Shown: positions 14,301-26,900 of the stretch, piece after piece
Numbering within the stretch: the stretch's first letter is position 1
Layout of the letters: every line of letters starts with the position of its first letter
Assembly (NCBI GenBank): GCA_030390025.1
Contig: CM059431.1
Location: forward strand, 137,208,001 to 137,272,000
Source: Squalus acanthias
Lineage: Eukaryota
Length of the DNA stretch: 64,000 nt
Reading direction: 5' to 3'
Made by a program: the position numbers and the translations under genes
The notes under the pieces: model-generated
The model's database searches: none
What the model saw: only the letters and a program-made list of their open reading frames with translations
What the model was told of the DNA's origin: nothing

Positions 14301-17300
14301 ATACATAGCCAAAACATCATACACACCTGACAGGATCCTGATACACTGTGAAATCGCATAAACTCCTGGCAGGATCCTGATACACTGAGAAACCCCATAC
14401 ACACTTCGCAGCATCCTGTACACTGTGAAACCCAATACAAACCTGGCAGGATGCTTGTACTCTCTGAAACATCATACACACCTGGCAGATTCTCGATACA
14501 CTGTTTAACCCCGTGCACACGTGTCAGGATCCTGACACATTGTGAAACTCCACACAAACCTGGCAGGATCCTGATACACTGTTTAACCCCGTACAGAAGT
14601 GTCAGTATCCTGATACACTGTGAAACCCCATACACACCTGGCAGGATCCTGAGACGCTGTGAAACACCTTACACACAATGCAGGATCCTGATACACTGTG
14701 AAACCCCAGAAACTCCTGGCATGTACCTGGTATACTGTGAATACCCATACATACTTGGCAGAATCCTGATATACTGTGAAACGCCATACCCACCTGGGAG
14801 GTTTCTGATAAAATGTGAAACGCCATACACACCTGGCAGGATCCAGATACACAGTGAAACACCATATAAAACGGTCTGGATCCTGAAACAATGTGATACT
14901 CCAGACACACCGGGAAGGTCCCTGATACACTGTGCAACACCATACTCACCTGGCAGGATCCTGATACACTGTGAAACCACATACACACCTGGCAGGATCC
15001 TGACACACTTTGAAACCACATACATATCTGGTAGGATCTCGCTGCACTGTGAAAACCCAGACATACCTGGCAGGATCCTGACACAGTGTGAAACCCCATA
15101 CACACCAGAAAGCATCCTGATACACTGTGAAATCCTATAAAGACCTGGCAGGATCCTGATACACTGTGATAGCCCATACACACCTGGTAGGTTCCTGATA
15201 CATAGCCAAACATCATACATACCTGATACGGTCCTGATAATCTGTGAAATCCCATACACATCTGGCAGGACCCGGCTACACTGTGAAACCCCATACACAC
15301 CTGGCAGGTTTCAGATACACTGTGAAACCCCATAATCATCTGGCAGGATCCTGATACACTGTGAAACCCCATACACTCCTGCCAGATTCCTGATACACTG
15401 TGAAACCCCACACGCACCTGGCAGAATCCTAATATATTGTGAAACCCCATACACAGCTGGAAGGGACCTGATATACTGTGAATCCCCATACACACTTGGC
15501 AGAATCCTGATATACTGTGAAACGCCATACACACCTGGGAGGTTCCTGATAAAATGAGAAACGCCATACACACCTGGCAGGATCCAGACACACAGTGAAA
15601 ACCCATATAAAACTGTCAGAATCCTGAAACAATGTGATACTCCATACACACCTGGAAGGTCCCTGATAAACTGTGCGTCACCATACTCACCTGGCAGGAT
15701 CCTGATACACTGTTAAACCCCATTCAGACCTGGCAGGATCCTAAAACACTGTGAAACCACATACACCCCTGGCAGTATCCTGACACACTTTGAAACCCCA
15801 TACACACCAGACAGCATCCTGATACACTGTGAAACCCCATAAAGACCTGGCAGGATACTGATACACTGTGAAACCCCATACACCACTGGCAGGATCCTGA
15901 TACAGTGTGAACCCCCATACACACCTGGCAGGCTCCTGATACACTGTGAAACCCCATACACACCTGGCAGGATCCTGATACGCTGTGAAACCCCATACAC
16001 ACCTGGCAGGATCCTGATACACTGTGAAACCCCATACACACCTGGCAGGATCCTGATACACTGTGAAACCCCATACACACCTGGCAGAATCCTGATACAG
16101 TGTGAAACCCCATACACACCTGGCTGACTCCTGATACACTGTGAAACCCCATACACACCTGGCAGGCTCCTGATACACTGTGAAACCCCATACACACCTG
16201 GCAGGCTCCTGATACACTGTGAAACCCCATACACACCTGGCAGGATCCTGATACACTGTGAAACCCCATACACACCTGGCAGGATCCTGATACACTGTGA
16301 AACCCCACACACACCTGGCAGGAACATGATACACTGTGAAACCCCATACACAACTGGCAGGATCCTGATACACTGTGAAACCCCATACACACCTGGCAGG
16401 ATCCTGATACACTGTGAAACCCCATACACACCAGCCAGGATCCTGGTGCACTGTGAAACCGCATACACACCTGGCAGGCTCCTGATACACTGTGAAACCA
16501 CATACACAACTGGCAGGCTCCTGATACACTGTGAAACCCCATACACACCTGGCAGGATCCTGATACACTGTGAAACCCCATACACACCTGGCAGGCTCCT
16601 GATACACTGTGAAACCCAATACACACCTGGCAGGCTCCTGACACACTGTGAAACCCCATACACACCTGGCAGGCTCCTGATACACTGTGAAACCCTGTAC
16701 ACAACTGGCAGTTCCCGATACACTGTGAAATCCCAAACACACCTGGCAGGATCCTGATACACTGTGAAATTCCAAACACACGTGGCAGGATCATGATACA
16801 CATAGAAGACCAATACACACCTGGCAAAATACGGCTACACTGTGAAACCCGAGACACACCTGGCAGGATCCAGATACACTGTGAAACCCCATACACACCT
16901 GGCAGGATCCTGATACACTTTGAAATGCCATGCATGCCTGGCAGGATCCTGACACACTGTGAAACCCCGTACACACCTGTCAGGATCCTCATACACTGTG
17001 AAACCTCATACACACTTCGCAGCATCATGATACACTCTGAAGCCCCATATACACCTGGCAGGATCCTGGCACTTTGTGAAACACCATACTCACCTGGCAG
17101 AATCTCGAAGCTCTGTGAACACCCATAAACACCTGGCAGGATTCTGTTACACTGTGAAACCCCATACACACCTGGCAGGTACCTGATATACTGTGAATAC
17201 CCATACACACTTGGCAGAATCCTGATACACTTTGAAACCCCATATACACCTGGGAGGATCCTGATACACTGTGAAACGCCATACACACCTGGCAGGATCC

Positions 17301-18289
17301 AGATACGCGTTGAAACCCCTTATAAAACTGTCAGGATCCTGACACAATGTGATAATCCATACAAACCTGGAAGGATCCTGATACACTGTGAAACAACATA
17401 TTCACCTGGCAGGTCCTGAAAAGCTGTGAAACCACATGCAGACCTGGTAGGATCCTGATGCACTGTAAGACACCATATCACCTGGCAGGATCCTGATACA
17501 CTGTGAAACCGCATACACACCAGGCAGCATCTGGAAACACTGTGAAACCCCATACTCACCTGGTCGGATCCATATATACTGTGAAACCCCATGCACACCT
17601 GACAGGATCCTAATACACTGCGAAACCACATACAAACCTGGCAGGATCCTGGTACTCTGTGATACACCATACACACCTGGCAGAATCTCGATGCTCTGTG
17701 AAACCCCATACACACCTGGCAGGATACTGATACACAGTGAAACCGCATATACACCTGGCAGTATTCCGATACACTGTTTAACCCCGTACACACGTGTCAG
17801 GATGCTGAGACACTGTGAAACCCCATACACACCTGGCAGGTTCATGATAAACTGTGAAACACCATACACACCTGGCATGAACCAGATACACTGTGAAACC
17901 CCATACACACTTGGCAGGATCTCGAGGCAGTGTGAAACTCCATAGACATCTGGCAGGATCCTGGTACAGTGTGAAACCGCATACACAACAGGCAGGATCC
18001 TGACACACTGTGAAACCCCATATAGACCTGGAAGGATCCTGATATACTGTGCAACCCCATGCACACCTGGTAGGATCCTGATACACGGATAAACACCATA
18101 CAAACCTGGCAATATCCAGATACACTGTGAAACCACCTATAAACCTGGCAGGATCGTGATACATTGTGACACCACATTCACACCTGGTAGAAACCTGATA
18201 AACTGTGAAACCCCATACACACCTGGAAGGATCAAGGTACACTGTGAAATTCCATACACATCTGATAAGATCGATATACACAGTGAAAC
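8373..18289. repeat. Satellite A, 39-bp tandem repeat (right block, ~254 units)
   Basis: Same consensus as 1-5503. Near-consensus cores at ~12500-13300 and ~15900-16750; ends abruptly at ...CAGTGAAACG. Confidence 0.97.
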
Positions 18290-18756
18290 GAAGGTCCTTG
18301 AGCCTGATATGAAAGATACTGTGCCCCTGGGTTTCTATTCCAGCAGAAACTGGAGGAAAAGTGATTGGAAATTAGTAAACTGTTAAGTATTACCATTATA
18401 CATCACGTCATGAAACGTCCGATTGTTTTCGATCCAATCTGAGAAGATGTACAGATGTTTACATAGTAAAACATTATTCGAAGTGTGAACATGAGGTAAA
18501 TCAATGTTCTGGTTGATTAGAAATTTATTGGACCGATTCCCACTGGCAGAGAAACAGACAAACCAGGCACAGGGAAACTTGTTGTACTGAACGAAGCGTC
18601 CTTTCATTTAGGAGGATTTTGAATCCCAATTTATTGATTATCAGAAACATATTAGTAATTCTCATAACTACATTGCAGGAAACTCGTATACAAATGAAAC
18701 GATGGAATGCAATCATTGTAACAGTTGAAATGAACTCAATTTTTTCTTCCCTAACG

Positions 18757-19167
18757 TAATACTGGGTTAAGTGGGCGGTAGTACTATTTCTGATTCTAAT
18801 CGGTTACATGATGAGACTGTTTTATGAAGAAAATAATTTAAGTGTAAAATCACTGAAAAACTATTCGCATTTTCTGAAACACAACAGGAGGATGTTTTGG
18901 GGAACGAAACACCACTTTAATCCAAACAAGTCTGCCCTGTTAGAGATGAAGCCACCTTTCTGCCATAAGATTATACTGAGCGAAGTGGGCGTTAGTTCTA
19001 TTTCTGATTCTAATCGGTTATATGAAGGGACTGTCATATAAAAAAAATAAGGGGTAAAATCACTGAAGAACTGTTCACGTTTTCCGAGACACAACAGGAG
19101 GATGTTTCGGGGAACAACAGGCCACTTTGGTGAGAACAATCTGTCCCTATTAGAGATGAACCCACCT
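18757..19167. repeat. Diverged ~214-bp tandem duplication in the non-satellite island
   Basis: AAGTGGGCG..TATTTCTGATTCTAATCGGTTA..GTAAAATCACTGAA..ACACAACAGGAGGATGTTT..TTAGAGATGAA occurs twice (GTGGG at 18771 and 18985). Confidence 0.85.
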
Positions 19168-22100
19168 GCCCCTCCTCTCAGTGCATCCACAGAATCACAT
19201 CCAATTGTCTCTTGTCCCCACTTAAACTGCCACTTAGTGTCCTCCCTGGTAACTGGTGTCCCGCTCTATTACACTTTGGTGAAAATGATTACCCTGATTT
19301 CCCATCTTACTCCTGGTTTCCTCCTGTCTGTTTTCTCTTAATTAATTGTGTTCATTGTGAATCTCATTCTGATCAATATTTCACTATCCGAAGTCTCTTA
19401 TTTCAAACGAAACAAATCTAACACCGCACACTTTCCTCTGTCTTAATTCCTGACGCACATAATCATCTTATTTCTCTCTGCACCGTCACAATTCCAATAA
19501 CATTCTTCCTGTGCTTAGGTGGTTAGAAACGCACACAACAGTCTCTCCCTCTCCCAGTGCCCACACTAACACAGTTAACATGCCCAGGACCTGACACACT
19601 AACGGTGGAACTTCTGTCCATTCACAGACTGTCCCTCTCCCAGTGCACATACTACCCCAGATAACATGCCCAATGTCTGACATACTAACGGTGGAACTTC
19701 TGTACATTCACAGTCTGTCCCTCTGCCAGAGCCCACACTAACCCAGATAACCTGCCCAGCACCTGACACAATAACGTTGGAACCTCTGTACATTCACACT
19801 TTTTCCTCTCCCTGTGCCCACACCACCCCAGATAACATGCCCACGGTCTGACACCCTAACGGTGGAAATTCTGTACATTCACAGTCTGTCCCTCTCCCAG
19901 TGTCCACACTGCCCCAGATAACCAGCCCAGGACCTGACACACTAACGGTGGAACTTCTGTACATTCACAGTCTGTCCCTCTCCCAGTGCCCACACTGCCC
20001 CAGATAACCAGCCCAGGACCTGACACACTAACGATGGAATTTCTGTACATTCACAGTCTGTCGCTGCTCAGTGCCCACGCTACCCCAGATAACTGCCCCG
20101 GACCTGACAAACTAAGGGTGGTACTTCTGTAGATTCACAGGATGTCCCTCTCCCAGTGACAACACTAACCCAATTAACCTGCGCAGGACCTGACACACTA
20201 ACGGGGTAACTTCTGTACACCCAGTCTGTCCCTCTCCCAGAGTCCACACTGCCCCAGATAACCTGCCCAGGACCTGACAGAATAACGGTGGTACTTCTGT
20301 ACATTCCCAGTATGTCCTTCACCCAGTGCCCACAAAAAAACAGATAAACCTGACTCACCAACGGTGAAATATCTGTACATTCACAAACTTTCCCTCATCA
20401 ATGACCACACATCCCCAGGTAACTTGCCCAGGGTCTGATACACTAACGGAGGAACTTCTGCACAATCACAGTCTCTCCCTTTCCCAGTGCCCATACTACC
20501 CCAGATAACCTGCCCATGATCTGAAACACTAACGGTAGACAGCCTGCAAATTCACAGACTATCCCTCTCCCAGTACCCACAATAAACCAGATAACCTGCC
20601 CAGGACCTGACAGAATAACGGCCGAACTTCTGTCCATTCTCAGTCTGTCGTTCTCCCAGTGTCCACACTTACAAGATAACCTGCCCATGAACTGATACAC
20701 TAACGGTGGAACTTCTGTACATTCACAGTCTGTCCCTCTCCCAGTCCACACACAAACTCAGATAACCTGCTCAGGACCTGACACACTAACGTTGGACCCT
20801 CTGGACATTCACAGTCTGTCCCACTCCCAGTGCCCAAACTGCACCAGATGACCTGCCCAGGACCTGATACACTAGCGGTGGAACTTCTACACATTCACAG
20901 TCTGTCCCTCTCCCAGTCCACACACAAACTCAGATAACCTGCCCAGGACTTGAAACAATAACGGTGGAACTTCTGTACATTCACAGTCTGTCCCTCTCCC
21001 ACTGCCCACACTACACTAGATAACCTGCCCAGGAACTGACACACACTCACGGTGAAACTTCTGTACATTCTGTACATTCACAGCCTGTCCCTCTCCCAGA
21101 GCCCACACTACCCCAGATAACATGCCCAGGACCTGACAGAGCCTCACGGTTGAACTTCTGTACAATCACAGTCTGTGTCTCTCCCAGTGCCGACACTAGC
21201 CCAGATAACCTGCGCAGGACCTGACACACTAACGGTGAAGCTCCTTTACATTCGCAGTCTGTCCCTCTCCCTGTGCACACACTAACCCGATAACAGGCCC
21301 AATGTCTGACACACTAACGGTGGAGCTTCTGTTCATTCACAGTGTGACCCTCTCCCAGTGCCCACACAACCCCAGAAAACCTGCCCAGGACCTGCCACGC
21401 TAACGGTGAAGCTTCTGTCACTTCACAGTCTCTCCCTCTCCCAGAGCCAACACTATCCCAAATAACTTGCCCAGGAACTGACACACTAACGGTGGAGCTT
21501 CTGTCCATTCACAGCATGTCCCTCTCCCAGTGCTCACACTAACCCAGATAATATGCCAGTACCTGACACAATAACTATGGAAATCTTTACATTCACAGAT
21601 TCTTCCGCTCCCAGTGCACACACTATCCAAGATAATCTGCCCAATGTCTGACACACTAACAGGGGAACATTTCTACATTCACAGTCTGTCCCTCTCCAGT
21701 GCGCACATTATCCAAGATAACCTGCCCAATGTCTGGCACACTAACAGGGGAACATTTGTACATTCACAGTCTGTCCCTCTCCCAGTGCGCACTCTACCCC
21801 GGATAACCAGCGCAGGACCTGACACACTAACTTTGGAACTTCTGTACATTCACAGTCTGTCCCTCTTCCAGTGCCCACACTACCCTAGATAACCTGCCCA
21901 GGACCTGACACACTAACGGTGGAACTTCTGTACATTCACAGTCTGTCCCTCTCCCAGTGCGCACACTACCTCAGATAACCTGCCCAGGACCTGACACACT
22001 AACTATGGAACTTCTGTAGATTCACAGTCTGACCCTCTTCCAGTGCCCACACTACCCTAGATAACCTGCCCAGGACCTGACACACTAACGGTGGAACTTC

Positions 22101-22272
22101 TGTACATTCACAGTCTGTCCCTCTCTCATTGCCCACACTACCCCAGATAACCTGCCCACGGTCTGACACACTGACGGTGGAACCCATGTACATTCACAGT
22201 GTGTTCGTCTCTCAGTGCCAAACACTACCCCAGGTAACCTGCGCTGAACCTGACAAACTAACGGTGGAACAT

Positions 22273-23963
22273 GAGATGTCGGGGAACATAGGGTCTAATG
22301 AGAGGGAGGAACTGAATGCAATCAGTATTCGTAGCGAAATGGTGTTAGGGAAATTGACGGCATTAAAGGCCGTGAAATCCTCAGGGCCCGATAATCTACA
22401 TCCTAGGGTACTTAATGAAGAGGCCCTAGAAATAGTAGATGCATTGCTGGTCATCTTCCACAAATTCTAGAGACTCTGGAACTGTTCCCATGGATAGGAG
22501 GGTAGCTAATGTTACCCAACTGTTCAAAAAAGGTGGTAAAGAAAAAACACGGAATTATAGACCTGATATAAGCCTGACATCGGTTGTGGGGGAAATGCTA
22601 GAGTCCATTATAAAAGATGTAATAGCAGAGCACTTGGAAAACAGTGACAGGGTTGGACAAAGTCAACATGTATTACAAAAGGTAAATCGTGCTTGACTTA
22701 TCTACTGGAATTTTTTGAGGATGTAACTGATAGAATAGATAAGGGAGAACCAGTGGATGTGGTGTATTTGGACTTTCAGAAGGCTTTCGATAAGGTCCCG
22801 CATAAGAGATTAGCGTGTAAAGTTAAGACACATGGGATTGGGGGCAAGGTACTGTCTTGGATAGAGAACTGGTTGGCAGACAGGAAGCAAAGAGTTGGAA
22901 TAAACGGGACTTTTTCCGTGTGGCAGGCAATGACTAGTGGGGTTCCGCAGGGATCGGTCCTAGGACCCCAGATATTCACTATATATATTAATGATCTAGA
23001 CGAGGGAACTAGATGTAATATCTCCAAGTTTGCAGATGACACAAAGCTGGGTGGGCGTGTGTGCTGCGAGGAGGATGCCGAGAAACTCCAGTATGATTGG
23101 ACAGGTTGGGTGATTGGGCAGATGCATGGCAATGCAGTATAATGTGGATAAATGCGAGGTTATCCACTTTGGTGGCAAAAACAGAAAGTCAGATTATTAT
23201 CTGAACGGCAATAGATTGGGCGAAGGGGAAGTGCAACGACACCTGGATGTCCTTGTGCACCAGTCGCTGAAGGTAAGCATGCAGGTACAGCAAGCGGTTG
23301 AGAAGGCAAATCGTATGTTGGCCTTCGTAGCGAGAGGGTTTGAGTACAGGAACAATGATTTCTTGCTGCAGCTGTACAGGGCCTTGGTGAGACCACACCT
23401 TGAGTATTGTGTTCAGTTTTGGTCGCCTTATCTGAGGAAGGATGTTCTTGCCATGGAGGGTGTGCAGCGAAGATTCACCAGACTGATACCTGGGATGGCA
23501 GGAATGACGTACGAGGAGAGATTGGGTCGATTGGGCTTATACTCGCTGCAGTTTAGTAGAATGAGAGGTTATCTCATTGAAAGTTACAAAATTCTAACAG
23601 GGCTAGACAGACTGGATGCAGGAAGGATGTTCCCGATGGCGGGTGTGTCCAGAGCAAGAGGTTACAGTCTAAAGATAATGGGTAAGCCATTTAGGAGTGA
23701 GATTAGGAGGAATTTCTTCACCCAGAGAGTGGTGAACCTGTGGAATTCTCTACCACAGAAGGCAGTTGAGGCCAAGTCAGTAAATATATTCAAGAAGGGG
23801 TTAGATATATTTCTTAAGGCTAAAGGTATGAAGGGATATGGGGAGAAGGCAGGGACAGGGTATTGAGTTTGAATGATCATCCATGATCTCATCGAATGGC
23901 AGAGCAGGCTCGAGGGGCCAAACGGCCTACTCCTGCTCCTATCTTCTGTGTTTCTTTGTTTCT
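22273..23963 (+). mobile_element. 5'-truncated, frameshifted CR1 LINE in satellite B
   Basis: RT split over ORFs 22129-22470, 22439-22696, 22693-23142 and 23114-23866 (YLDFQKAFDKVPH, QGSVLGP, FADD, ...GYGEKAGTGY). Same 3' UTR hairpin; 5-bp TSD AACAT at 22268-22272 and 23964-23968. Confidence 0.95.
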
Positions 23964-26900
23964 AACATCTGTATATTCGCAGTCTGTCCCTCTGATGGTG
24001 CACACACTGCCCCAGATAACATGCCCAGGAACGGACACACTAAGTGGGGAAATTCTGTACATTCTGTCTGTCCCAGTGCCCATCTTATCCACAGGTAACA
24101 TGCCTACGGCCTCATACACTAACAGTTGAACTTCTGCACCTTCATAGTCTGTCCCGCTCCCAGTGCCCACACTACCACCGATAATCAGCTCAGGACCTGA
24201 CGCACTATCGGTAGAAATTCTGTACATTCACAGTCTGTCCCTCTCCCAGTGCACACACTAACCAAGATAACCTGCCCAGGAACTGACACATTGACGGTGG
24301 AACTCCTGTACATTCACTGCCTGTCCCTCTCCTAGTGCGCACACTACCCCAGATAACATGCCCAGCAACTGACACACTAACGGTGGAACATCTCTGTACA
24401 TTCACAATCTGTCCCTCTCCCAGTGCCCACACTACCCCAGATAACCTGCCCAGGACCTAACACAATAACTGTGGAACAGCTGTACATTCACAGTCTGTAC
24501 CTCTCCCAGTGCACACACTAACCCAGACAACATGCCCAATGTCTGACATACAAACCGTGGAACTTCTATACATTCACAGTCTGTCCCTCTGGGGGAGCCC
24601 AAACTAACACAGATAACTTGCCCAGCACCTGACACAATAACGTTGGAACCTCTGTACATTCACAGTTTTTTCTCTCCCAGTGCCCTCACTAAAACAGATA
24701 ACCTGCCCACAGTCTGACACACTAACGGCGGAAATTCTGTACATTCGCAGTCTGTCCCTCTCCCAGTGCCCACACTGCCCCAGATAACCAGCCCAGGACC
24801 TGACACACTAACGGTGGAACTTCTGTACATTCACAGTCTGTCCCTCTCCCAGTGCATACACTACCCCAGATAACCTGCCCAGGAACTGACACACTAACGC
24901 TGGAGCTTCTGTCCTTTCAGAATCTCTCCCTCTCCCAGTGCCTACACTACCCCAGATAACTTGCCCAGGACAAGGCACACTAACGATGGAATTCCTCTAC
25001 ATTCACAGTCTGTCGCTGCTCAGTGCCCACACTACCCCAGATAACTGCCCCGGACCTGACAAACTAAGGGTGGTACTTCTGTACATTCACAGGATGTCCC
25101 TCTCCCAGTGCCCACAATAACCCATTTAACCTGCGCAGGACCTGATACACTAACGGGGTAACTTCTGTACATTCACAGTATGTCCTTCACCCAGTGCCCA
25201 CAAAAAAACAGATAATCCTGACTCACCAACGGTGAAATATCTGTACATTCACAAACTTTCCCTCATCAAGTGCCCACACATCCCCAGGTAACTTTCCCAG
25301 GGTCTGACACACTAACGGAGGAACTTCTGCACATTCACAGTCTCTCCCTTTCCCAGTGCCCATACTACCCCAGATAACTTGCCCAGGACAAGGCACACTA
25401 ACGATGGAATTCCTTTACATTCACAGTCTGTCGCTGCTCAGTGCCCACACTACCCCAGATAACTGCCCCGGACCTGACAAACTAAGGGTGGTACTTCTGT
25501 ACATTCACAGGATGTCCCTCTCCCAGTGCCCACAATAACCCATTTAACCTGCGCAGGACCTGATACACTAACGGGGTAACTTCTGTACATTCACAGTATG
25601 TCCTTCACCCAGTGCCCACAAAAAAACAGATAAACCTGACTCACCAACGGTGAAATATCTGTACATTCACAAACTTTCCCTCATCAAGTGCCCACACATC
25701 CCCAGGTAACTTTCCCAGGGTCTGACACACTAACGGAGGAACTTCTGCACATTCACAGTCTCTCCCTTTCCCAGTGCCCACACTACCCCAGATAACCTGC
25801 CCATGATCTGAAACACTAACGGTAGACAGCCTGTAAATTCACAGACTATCCCTCTCCCAGTACCCACAATAAACCAGATAACCTGCCCAGGACCTGACAG
25901 AATAGCGGTCGAACATCTGTCCATTCTCAGTCTGTACTTCTCCCAGTGCCCACACTACCACACATAACCTGCCCATGAACTGACACACTAACGGTGGAAC
26001 TTCTGTACATTAACATGGTGTCCCTCTCCCAGTGCCCACACTTACACAGATAACCTGCCCATGAACTGACACACTAACGTTGGAACTTCTGTACATTCAA
26101 AAGGTGTTCCTCTCCCAGTGCCCACATTTACACAGATAACCTGCCCATGAACTGACACACTAACGGTGGAACTTCTGTACATTCACAGTCTGTCCCTTTC
26201 CCAGTCCACACACGAACTCAGATAACCTGACCAGGACCTGACACACTGAAGTTGGAACCTCTGGACATTCACAGTCTGTCCCACTCCCAGTGCCCAAACT
26301 GCGCCAGATGACCTGCCCAGGACCTGACACACAAACGGTGGAACTTCTATACATTCACAGTCTGTCCCTCTCCAAATCCACGCACAAACTCAGATAACCT
26401 GCCCAGGACTTGAAACAATAACGGTGGAACTTCGGTACATTCACAGTCTGTCCCTCTCCCACTGCCCACACTACACTAGATAACCTGCCCAGGAGCTGAC
26501 ACACACTCACGGTGAAATTTCTGTACATTCACAGACTGTCCCTCTCCCAGTGCGCATACTACCCCAGATAGCATGCCCAGGACCTGACAGATCCTCACAG
26601 TTGAACGTCTGTACATTCACAGTCTGTCTCTCTCTCCCAGTGCCCACACTAACCCAGATAACGTGCGCAGAACCTGACACACTAACGGTGAAGCTCCTCT
26701 ACATTCGCAGGCTGTCCCTCTCCCTGTGCCCACACTAACCCAGATAACATGCCCAAGGTCTGATACCCTAACGGTGTAACTTCTGTCCATTCACAGTGTG
26801 ACCCCCTCCCAGTGCCAACACTACCCCAGAAAACATGCCCAGGACCTGCCACACTAACGGTGAAGCTTCTGTCAATTCACAGTCGCTCCCTCTCCCAGAG

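Noticed and set aside
12318..17286. Long Cys-rich ORFs (up to 520 aa) in satellite A
   Set aside because: The 39-bp unit is 13 codons and its consensus has no stop in the three - frames or one + frame, so overlapping ORFs are expected. They switch frame at indels.
1..18289. CTGAT...GAAAC in satellite A as a hammerhead (retrozyme-like satellite)
   Set aside because: It reads CUGAUAC, lacking the essential G8/A9 of CUGANGA, and no proper stem II can form.
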